A DNA stretch of 36,953 bases from an uncultured Acidiphilium sp. Its GTDB lineage: Bacteria; Bacillota; Clostridia; Christensenellales; Borkfalkiaceae. How positions within the stretch are numbered: the first letter of the stretch is position 1; each line of letters begins with the position of its first letter. Positions 1 through 7,925 of this stretch are shown here, piece after piece. The stretch lies in contig CAZVPW010000002.1 in the NCBI GenBank assembly GCA_964629115.1, positions 1 to 36,953 of the forward strand, given 5' to 3'. The notes below the pieces were generated by a model, which saw only the letters and a list, made by a program, of their open reading frames with translations, made no database searches and was not told the DNA's origin. Both the position numbers and the translations under genes were made by a program.

Positions 1-20
1 GCTAAAAACAAGAGGAAAAA

Positions 21-1370
21 ATGGAAAATTACGAATTAATCTGGGAACGGGCTCTCAAACAACTCAAAGTCACCGTTTCAACGATCGCATACTCCACTTA
101 CATAGAACAACTCAAACCCGTCGACCTCGTCGGCTCGAAACTTATACTTTCAACCAAATCCGAACTCTTCGCGTCCAATGTCGCGACAAGACTCCTTGAC
201 AAAATCCGCGCCGCTCTCGCCGCGGACGGTTCGGGCGTTACCGATATTAAACTTTACGTAGAGGGAAGCAACGAGGATTTCTTGGCGAGAAAGGGCATCG
301 CTCCCGTCGACGAAGAGGTCGATTCGACTCCAATCAACCCCAAATACACCTTCGACGCGTTCGTCGTCGGCTCTTCAAACCGCTATTTATACGCCGCGGC
401 GAAAGCGGTAGCCGAAAACCCGAGCGAAAGCTATAACCCCCTCTTCATTTACGGCGGAGCCGGACTCGGAAAAACGCATATAATGCACGCGATCGCCAAC
501 CACATCAAGAAAAATCACCCTTTGAAAAACGTTCTTTACGCGACTTGCGAGAAATTTACTAACGACCTCATCTCGACCATCCGTCAAGGCAAAGCGTATT
601 CCTCTTCGGACGGAATCGATTTCAGAAGCAAGTACAGAAACGTCGACGTGCTCATTATCGACGACGTTCAATTCCTCGCGAAAAAACAATCGACTCAAGA
701 GGAATTTTTCCACACCTTCAACGAACTTTATTCGCAAAACAAACAAATAGTCCTCTCGGCCGACTGCTTGCCGAAGGAAATCGAACTCCTTTCCGATAGG
801 CTCAAAACGAGATTCGAGGGCGGACTTATGGCGCAAGTGCTTCCGCCCGACGTCGAGACCAAAATCGCCATACTTCAAAAGAAAGCCGAGGCTCGCAAAT
901 TCCTCCTTTCTCTCGACGTGGCGCTTTTCCTCGCCGAAAATTCGGACAACGACGTGCGTTCGCTCGAGGGAATGTTGAATAAGGTTCTCTTCGCGTCAAT
1001 GCTCAAAGAAAGCCCGGTGACCGTCGACCTCGCAAAAGAAGCGATAAGCGAAAGCGTCGCCACGGGCGGAGAAAAAGAAGCGCTCTCCGCCGACGCGATT
1101 ATCGACGCCGTATGCGGATTTTATAGATTGCAACGCTCGGATCTTCTCGGCAAAAAGAAAAATAAAGACATCGTCGAACCTAGACAAATATGCGCTTACT
1201 TAATGACCGAGCTCCTCTCTATCCCCCTCATAACGATAGGACAATCGCTCGGCGGAAGAGACCACACGACGGTCATTCACGCGAGAGACAAAATCTCCGA
1301 ACTTATGAAAGAAAATTCCAGAGTCGCAACCGAAGTCAAAGACATCAAGAACTTAATCTTAAAGAAGTAA
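21..1370 (+). CDS. dnaA: Chromosomal replication initiator protein DnaA
   Basis: 449 aa. AAA+ Walker A GGAGLGKTHIMHAIAN, Walker B VLIIDDVQFL, sensor RSLEGML, C-terminal DnaA-box binding helix GGRDHTTVIHARDKI. AGAGGA RBS upstream of the ATG. Confidence 0.96.
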   Translation: MENYELIWERALKQLKVTVSTIAYSTYIEQLKPVDLVGSKLILSTKSELFASNVATRLLDKIRAALAADGSGVTDIKLYVEGSNEDFLARKGIAPVDEEVDSTPINPKYTFDAFVVGSSNRYLYAAAKAVAENPSESYNPLFIYGGAGLGKTHIMHAIANHIKKNHPLKNVLYATCEKFTNDLISTIRQGKAYSSSDGIDFRSKYRNVDVLIIDDVQFLAKKQSTQEEFFHTFNELYSQNKQIVLSADCLPKEIELLSDRLKTRFEGGLMAQVLPPDVETKIAILQKKAEARKFLLSLDVALFLAENSDNDVRSLEGMLNKVLFASMLKESPVTVDLAKEAISESVATGGEKEALSADAIIDAVCGFYRLQRSDLLGKKKNKDIVEPRQICAYLMTELLSIPLITIGQSLGGRDHTTVIHARDKISELMKENSRVATEVKDIKNLILKK

Positions 1371-1385
1371 TACCAGACCGAATTT

Positions 1386-3254
1386 ATGGAAACTTATTTT
1401 ACCGAGGACGTTTTCGACGCCGTAGTCGTCGGAGCGGGACACGCCGGTTGCGAAGCCGCGCTCGCTCTCGCGAGAACGGGAATGAAAACCGCCCTTACGA
1501 CAATCAATCTCGACAATATCGCCTTTATGGCGTGCAATCCCTCTATCGGCGGAACGGCAAAAGGTCACCTCGTTCGAGAACTCGACGCTTTGGGCGGAGA
1601 AATGGGAATCGTCGCCGACAAGGCTTTGATGCAAATCAAAATGCTCAATCGCGGCAAGGGAGCCGCGGTACATTCGCTCCGCTCTCAATCGGATAAACGT
1701 CTGTACCACTCGATTATGAAACAGACGCTCGAAAATACCGAGAATTTAACGATTTTACAATGCGAAGTCGTCGACGTCGTCGTCGAGAACGGCGAAGTCG
1801 TCGGCGTTAAAACGTCTTTCGGAAGCCTCTTAAAATGCCGAGCGGCGGTCTTGGCTACGGGCGTTTACTTAAACGGACGAATCGTCGCCGGCGAATGGGA
1901 ACAAAACAGCGGCCCTTCGGGTTTTGCCGCGGCGACCGAACTGACAAAATCGCTCGTACGTCTCGGTTTCAATATTCGCCGATTCAAAACGGGAACTCCG
2001 GCAAGAGTCGACAAGAGATCTATCGATTATTCCAAACTCGAAATTCAAGAGGGCGAAACCGAGATATATCCCTTCTCGTTTATGACGGATAAAATTCCCG
2101 AAAAACAAGAACCGTGCTATATCGCCTACACCAACCAAAAGACCCACGATATCATACGCGCCAACTTAGACCGCTCTCCCCTTTACAACGGAGCGATTTT
2201 AAGCGCGGGACCGAGATACTGTCCGTCGATCGAAACCAAAATAATGCGTTTCGCCGACAAAGAACGCCACCAACTCTTTCTTGAGCCCGAGGGATTCGAC
2301 ACCAACGAAATTTACGTTCAAGGAATGTCGACTTCTCTCCCCCACGACGTCCAAAAGGCAATGTATAGGTCGATTATCGGGCTTGAAAATTGCAAAATAA
2401 TGCGCTATGGCTACGCGATCGAATACGACTGTATAGACAGCCTCGATCTGACCCCCTCGCTCGCCTTTAAAAAAGTCAAGGGTCTTTATAGCGCCGGTCA
2501 AATCAACGGCACAAGCGGTTACGAAGAAGCCGCCGCGCAAGGACTTATCGCCGGAATCAACGCGTCGCTATACTTAAGAGGCGAAGAACCTTTGGTTCTC
2601 AGACGCGACCAAGCGTATATTGGAGTTCTCATTGACGACCTCGCCTCAAAAGGAACGGACGAACCCTATCGAATGATGACTTCGCGAGCCGAATACCGCA
2701 TTTTTTTGAGACAAGACAACGCCGACTCGAGATTGACCGAAATCGGTCTCGCCGTCGGACTCGTCAAACCCGACAGATACGAAAGATACTTAAAGAGAAA
2801 GGCGGCTATCGCCGAACTCAACGAAAAACTCTCGGTTAAAATCCCCGTCGACAAGTGCGGAGAATTCGTCCGCAAATACGGCAGCGAAGTCAACTCTCCG
2901 TTATCTCCGAGAGATATGATCAAACGAAATATTCCGCTTAAAGACGTTCGCGAGGAATTCGGACTTTACGACGGATATCCTTTCGATATTTTGGAAAGAG
3001 CCGAAACGGACGCTAAATACGAGGGTTACCTCAAAAAAGGGCTCGAGCAGATAGAAAAATCGAAAAAACTCGAGGAAAAGCGCCTTCCGTCCGATATCGA
3101 TTACCTCGCGATCAAAGGACTCAGACGGGAAGCTCAAGAAAAACTCGACCGCGCCAGACCCGAAAATCTCGGGCAAGCGTCGAGAATCCCCGGCGTCAAC
3201 CCGGCGGACGTCGCGGTCTTGACGGTTTATCTCGCAAGTTCCGCCAATCGCTAA
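1386..3254 (+). CDS. mnmG: tRNA uridine 5-carboxymethylaminomethyl modification enzyme MnmG (GidA)
   Basis: 622 aa. FAD fold DAVVVGAGHAGCEAALALAR, SIGGTAKGHLVRELDALGG, GPRYCPSIE, GQINGTSGYEEAAAQG. Begins 15 nt after the dnaA stop. Confidence 0.95.
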   Translation: METYFTEDVFDAVVVGAGHAGCEAALALARTGMKTALTTINLDNIAFMACNPSIGGTAKGHLVRELDALGGEMGIVADKALMQIKMLNRGKGAAVHSLRSQSDKRLYHSIMKQTLENTENLTILQCEVVDVVVENGEVVGVKTSFGSLLKCRAAVLATGVYLNGRIVAGEWEQNSGPSGFAAATELTKSLVRLGFNIRRFKTGTPARVDKRSIDYSKLEIQEGETEIYPFSFMTDKIPEKQEPCYIAYTNQKTHDIIRANLDRSPLYNGAILSAGPRYCPSIETKIMRFADKERHQLFLEPEGFDTNEIYVQGMSTSLPHDVQKAMYRSIIGLENCKIMRYGYAIEYDCIDSLDLTPSLAFKKVKGLYSAGQINGTSGYEEAAAQGLIAGINASLYLRGEEPLVLRRDQAYIGVLIDDLASKGTDEPYRMMTSRAEYRIFLRQDNADSRLTEIGLAVGLVKPDRYERYLKRKAAIAELNEKLSVKIPVDKCGEFVRKYGSEVNSPLSPRDMIKRNIPLKDVREEFGLYDGYPFDILERAETDAKYEGYLKKGLEQIEKSKKLEEKRLPSDIDYLAIKGLRREAQEKLDRARPENLGQASRIPGVNPADVAVLTVYLASSANR

Positions 3255-3276
3255 TTTTTTCCCAAGGAGTAGGACG

Positions 3277-3423
3277 ATGAACAACGACGACAAGCAAGAA
3301 AAAAAAGCCGATAAAAAAACCGTAACGCCGCGCAAAAGCGCAAAAAAACCTAACGACGACTTTAAACGCAAATATTTCGAGTTCTACGACGATATCAAAA
3401 TCAGCGACAGACAAGATTGGTAG
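3277..3423 (+). CDS. Small Lys-rich hypothetical protein (48 aa), not in the ORF track
   Basis: ATG at 3277 preceded by AAGGAG (3264-3269) with 7-nt spacing. MNNDDKQEKKADKKTVTPRKSAKKPNDDFKRKYFEFYDDIKISDRQDW, stop TAG 3421-3423. Lies between mnmG and the terminator at 3530. No family recognised. Confidence 0.35.
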   Translation: MNNDDKQEKKADKKTVTPRKSAKKPNDDFKRKYFEFYDDIKISDRQDW

Positions 3424-3529
3424 TCTTGCCGAACTCAAAGATATTTTTCGGGGAACGGTTTCAATTTTACGAAAAACGGTTAACTTCCTCGTATCGACTC
3501 GACTTTTTTCTATTTGACGAACGCCCTTC

Positions 3530-3562
3530 GCCGTCGGAAAGGTTTTCCGACGGCTCTTTATT
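3530..3562 (+). terminator. Rho-independent terminator after the dnaA-mnmG unit
   Basis: Perfect 11-bp stem gccgtcggaaa (3530-3540) / tttccgacggc (3544-3554), 3-nt loop, then T-rich tctttattta. Confidence 0.6.
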
Positions 3563-3707
3563 TATATCGCGGTCAAGTTTATATCGCAAGGTTTAACGGC
3601 TCAAAATTTAGGATTCGCGCCGACTCCGCCCGTAAAGTTCTCAGCGCTCAAATAACGAACCGAGCGAAAACAACGGACGAAGAACCTTAATCAAACTATT
3701 TTATATT

Positions 3708-5426
3708 ATGAAATTTTTATTCGGATACGTAAAAAAATACAAACGAGCGTTTTTGCTAACGGGCGTCGTATATTTAGTTTCGTCCGCCGCCTCGCTCGCC
3801 ATGCCCGAACTTATGAGTCAAATAATCGAGACGGGAATCAAAACGGCGGATATCGACAGAGTTTATTATTTATGCGGCGTAATGTTCGCCGTCGCCCTCG
3901 CGGCGCTTCTCTTGTCGACTCTCGGCAAAAGACTCAATTCGATTGTTTCCAACAACCTCGCGGAAAATATGCGAAACGACGTATTTCAGAAAATCAATTC
4001 TCTCTCTTTCGAAGAATTCGCCTCGATCGGATCGTCGAGTTTGCTTACGAGAACGACTTCGGACATATCGAATTTGCAAGAGGCGGCAAATTCGATAGTA
4101 TACGTCTTCACAAACGTTCCCGTAGCCCTCTTGGGCGGAATAACCCTCGCTTTTTTTAAGGACCTTACCCTCGCTCTCATTCTCTCGGCGGCGACCGCAA
4201 TCGTCGTCGCGGTCATGTTTTTCGTCGTCAAAAAACTCTACCCCCTCTGGGAAAGAAGCGATTTATACTGCGACAAGCAAAACAACCTCGTCAGAGAGAG
4301 ATTGTCGGGAATACGAGTTATTCGAGCCTTTGACAAAGAAGAGGTAGAACACGAAAAAATATCCGCGGCGACCGACGCGATGGCTGACAATATGATTAAA
4401 GCAAACGTCTTCGGCGGAATGATATCCCCGACCGCGCTTTTTATCCTCAACTTCGTCTCGGTCGTCGTAATATACGTCGGAGCGATTCGTCTCGGCAATT
4501 CGGCGTTTTTAACCGCCGGAGACGTAATTGCGGTCGTCCAATACGTCGGCATCGCGGCAAACGGAATTATGGCGGCGGTGTGGATATTCTCTTGGTTCCC
4601 TTACCTCAAAGTCAGTTCCAAACGCGTCGGCGAAATTGTCGATTTAGAAGGTCTCGACGTCGCCGAAGACAACCCCCGAAAACTCGAAGGAGATCTCGTC
4701 GTAAACAACGTTTCCTTCGCATACCCTAACGCAAAATCCAACGCTCTTACCAACGTCTCGCTCGTCGCAAGAAAGGGCGAAACCATATCGATTATCGGAG
4801 GCTCGGGAAGCGGGAAATCGACGTTAATCAAGTTATTGACCGCTTTTTACAGTCCGAACGACGGCTCCGTATCGCTCGGCGGACGGGACTATTCGTCTCT
4901 TACCAAATCGGACGTACGCGCAAACGTCTCGGTATGTTTGCAAAAGAGTATGATTTTCGAAGGGACGATTAAAGACAACGTCGCGACCGCTCGAACGGAC
5001 GCGAGCGACCAAGACGTCCTCTCGGCGCTCGAGACGGCTTGTCTCGGAGAATTCGTCGCGTCTAAAGACGAGGGGCTTTCTTTCCGCCTCTCGCAAGCGG
5101 GAACGAATCTCTCGGGCGGTCAAAAACAACGAATTAACGTCGCCAGAACGATATTTAAGGATTCGGCGGTATACGTCTTTGACGACAGTTTCTCGGCTTT
5201 GGACTTTTTGACCGAAAACAAACTCAGACGAGCGCTCAACACCCGCCTCGTCGGAAAAACTCAAATCATCGTTACCCAAAGAGTATCCACTGCGGTCAAA
5301 ACCGATAGAATTTACGTTATGTCCGACGGAAAAATCGTCGGAGAGGGAAACAACGACGAACTTTTGAAAAACTGCGAAGTATATCGAGAAATCTATCGTT
5401 CGCAAATCGGGGAGGATTTATTATGA
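3708..5426 (+). CDS. Heterodimeric ABC exporter subunit (TMD-NBD), degenerate-site half
   Basis: 572 aa. Six predicted N-terminal TM helices, Walker A GGSGSGKSTL, signature LSGGQKQR, Walker B VYVFDDSFSALD (D replaces the catalytic E). No obvious SD before the ATG. Confidence 0.9.
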   Translation: MKFLFGYVKKYKRAFLLTGVVYLVSSAASLAMPELMSQIIETGIKTADIDRVYYLCGVMFAVALAALLLSTLGKRLNSIVSNNLAENMRNDVFQKINSLSFEEFASIGSSSLLTRTTSDISNLQEAANSIVYVFTNVPVALLGGITLAFFKDLTLALILSAATAIVVAVMFFVVKKLYPLWERSDLYCDKQNNLVRERLSGIRVIRAFDKEEVEHEKISAATDAMADNMIKANVFGGMISPTALFILNFVSVVVIYVGAIRLGNSAFLTAGDVIAVVQYVGIAANGIMAAVWIFSWFPYLKVSSKRVGEIVDLEGLDVAEDNPRKLEGDLVVNNVSFAYPNAKSNALTNVSLVARKGETISIIGGSGSGKSTLIKLLTAFYSPNDGSVSLGGRDYSSLTKSDVRANVSVCLQKSMIFEGTIKDNVATARTDASDQDVLSALETACLGEFVASKDEGLSFRLSQAGTNLSGGQKQRINVARTIFKDSAVYVFDDSFSALDFLTENKLRRALNTRLVGKTQIIVTQRVSTAVKTDRIYVMSDGKIVGEGNNDELLKNCEVYREIYRSQIGEDLL

Positions 5427-7174
5427 CGGCAAAACACGCTTTCGCAAGAATGGCTCGAGACGCCCGAAAAATTCTCAAATATCTCGTAATCGCAGCTATC
5501 GTCGAAGTCGTAGCCGTCGCTCTGAGTATTATCTCCCCGACGATAATCGGAAATTTATCCCAAACCCTCTTTGAATTCTCGGCAAGCGGAACGCCCGTAG
5601 ATTGGAAGAATTTTTCCCTCTCTTGCGCTCTTTTGCTCGCCGTATACGCCGCTTCCGCCGTTTGCTCGGCAATCTCGACGTACGTTATGAATAACACCGT
5701 GTCGAGACACTTCACTTGCTCGATCAGAAAGCAAATGTCAAAAAAAATCGCCGCTCTGCCCATGTCATATCTCGACAAAACCCCAAACGGCGAAATAATC
5801 TCGAGAATGATGACCGACGTCTCGGTAATGGGAACGACCGCTCACACGATTTTTTCGGCGATTCTCGGCGGAGCCATAAAACTCGTCGCGATAACGGTCG
5901 TCCTCTTTTGCATAAGCCCGTTGACCGCCATCGTCGCATTGATAATCATTCCGACGTCCATAGCAGTCTCGGCGTTCGTCTCGTCAAAAGCCGAAAAACA
6001 CTTTAACAAATCGCGAGCCGTCAACGGCAGACTTTACTCGCTCGCCGAAGAAAACTTCTCTTGCTTTGACACCGTCAAGGCATTCAACCTCGAAGCCAAG
6101 CAAAACTCGGCGTTCGGAGCGATAGCCCGCGAGATGAGAGACACGGACGTAAAAGCCTATTTCACCTCGTCTATCGTCGAGCCGATCGTAAGTTTCACAA
6201 ACTCGGCAACTTACGCCGTTATTTGCTTAATAGGCGGCTATATGGCGATTAACGGAACTTTTTCGGTCGGGTTAATCGTTACGACGCTGCTTTACTGCCA
6301 AATGTTTTCGGGACCTTTGAGTTCTATCGCGAGCGGACTATCGACAATGCAAAACGCCGCCGCGTCGGCAAAGAGAGTTTACGAATTTTTGGATTCCGAA
6401 GAGTCGCCTAAGGACAAACAAGGCTCGTTGGGAAAAATCGAAGGCGCGGTTAAATTCGAAAACGTCCGATTTTCTTACGACAAGAACAAACCGCTCTTGA
6501 AAAATTTAAACGTAAACGTCAAAGCCGGGCAGAAAGTCGCCATTGTCGGACCGACGGGCGGAGGGAAAACGACGATCGCCAATTTGCTTATGCGTTTTTA
6601 CGACGTAGACGACGGCAGAATATTAATCGACGGCGTCGACGCCGCGTCCGTCCCCGTTTCCGCGCTGCGCTCTACCTTTCAAATGGTGTTGCAAGACGCT
6701 TGGCTCTTCTCGGGCTCGATAGCCGAAAACGTCGCTTACGGGAAACCCGACGCGACTCGCGAAGAGATTATAGCCGCGTGCAAAAAAGCCCGAGTCGACG
6801 GATTTATCAACTCTTTGCCAAACGGCTACGACACGGTCATAAGCGAGCAAACGACCAACGTTTCCGCCGGTCAAAAGCAACTTTTGACAATTGCCCGAGC
6901 CTTTCTCTCCGACGGAAAAATCCTAATTTTCGACGAGGCGACGTCAAACGTCGACACTCGAACGGAAATTCTCATTCAACGATCTATGAACTCCTTGATG
7001 CGCGGTAGAACGAGTTTCGTAATCGCACACAGACTCTCCACGATCGTCGACGCCGACTTAATTTTAGTCGTCGACAAGGGCTCGATTGTCGAAAGCGGAA
7101 CTCACGCTCAACTCCTCGAAAAAAAGGGGTTCTATTACGAAATCTTTCAAAGTCAATACGCCCCGACCGTTTGA
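5423..7174 (+). CDS. Heterodimeric ABC exporter subunit (TMD-NBD), consensus-site half
   Basis: 583 aa. Walker A GPTGGGKTTI, signature VSAGQKQL, Walker B ILIFDEATSNVD, H-loop AHRLST. ATGA stop/start overlap with the upstream gene and a GGAGGA RBS. Confidence 0.9.
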   Translation: MTAKHAFARMARDARKILKYLVIAAIVEVVAVALSIISPTIIGNLSQTLFEFSASGTPVDWKNFSLSCALLLAVYAASAVCSAISTYVMNNTVSRHFTCSIRKQMSKKIAALPMSYLDKTPNGEIISRMMTDVSVMGTTAHTIFSAILGGAIKLVAITVVLFCISPLTAIVALIIIPTSIAVSAFVSSKAEKHFNKSRAVNGRLYSLAEENFSCFDTVKAFNLEAKQNSAFGAIAREMRDTDVKAYFTSSIVEPIVSFTNSATYAVICLIGGYMAINGTFSVGLIVTTLLYCQMFSGPLSSIASGLSTMQNAAASAKRVYEFLDSEESPKDKQGSLGKIEGAVKFENVRFSYDKNKPLLKNLNVNVKAGQKVAIVGPTGGGKTTIANLLMRFYDVDDGRILIDGVDAASVPVSALRSTFQMVLQDAWLFSGSIAENVAYGKPDATREEIIAACKKARVDGFINSLPNGYDTVISEQTTNVSAGQKQLLTIARAFLSDGKILIFDEATSNVDTRTEILIQRSMNSLMRGRTSFVIAHRLSTIVDADLILVVDKGSIVESGTHAQLLEKKGFYYEIFQSQYAPTV

Positions 7175-7222
7175 CGGCGATTTTTCAGTAAAATTAACCT
7201 CAAAAGTCTCGAAAGAAAAATC

Positions 7223-7247
7223 TCGTTTCGTCGAGTCGACGAAACGA
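7223..7247. repeat. Perfect 12+1+12 inverted repeat
   Basis: tcgtttcgtcga-g-tcgacgaaacga read directly. Lies 48 nt after the ABC stop and has no following T-tract. Confidence 0.9.
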
Positions 7248-7270
7248 TAAATCAAAGCAAAAAAACCGAA

Positions 7271-7303
7271 AGGCGAGCGAGAACTTCTCCGCTCGCCTTT
7301 TCT
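7271..7303 (+). terminator. Rho-independent terminator of the ABC exporter operon
   Basis: Stem aggcgagcg (7271-7279) / cgctcgcct (7290-7298), 10-nt loop, followed by ttttct. Confidence 0.65.
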
Positions 7304-7399
7304 CGCGTCTACCCGCTCGATTCAAAACTCCCTTTCGACTTTTTCGATTATTTTTCACAAGGATTTTTTTTGCCGAGCATAAACTCCTAACCCTTTTCA

Positions 7400-7428
7400 T
7401 TGACATCAAAACGAATATGCGGTAAAAT
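7400..7428 (+). promoter_or_regulatory. Sigma-70-type promoter of the MarR / ABC / nitroreductase operon
   Basis: TTGACA (7400-7405), 17-nt spacer, TAAAAT (7423-7428). Followed by an imperfect inverted repeat tactaa-cacta-ttagca that could be an operator. Confidence 0.6.
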
Positions 7429-7470
7429 ACTAACACTATTAGCAATTTGAAAATTCCCACGGAGGATAAA

Positions 7471-7878
7471 ATGGACGCAAACGCAATCCGCGAGGAGATG
7501 AAGACGATATGCAAATCTCAAAAATGGCGCGAAATCGCGAAATTCGTCGACGAAGGTTTTCGCGGCGTGTTCGTCATTTTGCGAATACTCGACGAGAGGG
7601 ACGAAAAAATCACCGCGGGCGATTTGGCAAGAGAAACCAACGTCTCGACCGCGAGGGTCGCGAGCGCCTTAAACGCCCTTGAGAAGAAAAATTACGTCAA
7701 ACGCGAAGTCGACGACTCGGACGCGAGAAAGGTCGTCGTTAGACTTACCAAAGACGGCAAAAAAGCCGTCGAAGAGCGAAAGGCTCGAATCGAAGAAATA
7801 GTCTCCCCTTTGTTCGGAAAACTTACGGACGAAGAGACGATTAACTTCTTCGACGCTCTTAAAAAGTTGCTTTCCTAA
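7471..7878 (+). CDS. MarR-family transcriptional regulator
   Basis: Winged-helix region ITAGDLARETNVSTARVASALNALEKKNYVKREVDDSDARKVVVRLTKDGKK. I prefer the ATG at 7471 (GGAGG at 7461-7465, 5-nt spacing) over the in-frame TTG at 7447 used in the ORF track. Confidence 0.85.
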   Translation: MDANAIREEMKTICKSQKWREIAKFVDEGFRGVFVILRILDERDEKITAGDLARETNVSTARVASALNALEKKNYVKREVDDSDARKVVVRLTKDGKKAVEERKARIEEIVSPLFGKLTDEETINFFDALKKLLS

Positions 7879-7925
7879 AGATAAAAACCTTATTTAAGAT
7901 AAAAACCATATTTCGGGAGATATAT

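Noticed and set aside
1190-1709. Overlapping ORFs at the dnaA/mnmG junction (1190..1696 on +, 1359..1709 on -)
   Set aside because: They are out-of-frame or antisense to dnaA and mnmG, have Arg-rich composition, and have no RBS.
3424-3707. Possible oriC or DnaA-box cluster in the 284-nt gap after the dnaA-mnmG unit
   Set aside because: No TTATCCACA-like boxes were seen, only a short direct repeat (tttatatcgc twice, at 3560-3587) and a terminator. oriC is more likely upstream of dnaA, outside the window.
7200-7514. 104-aa minus-strand ORF in the ABC/MarR intergenic region
   Set aside because: It runs through the terminator hairpin, the TTGACA/TAAAAT promoter and the MarR RBS and start. It has no RBS of its own and a repetitive basic composition.
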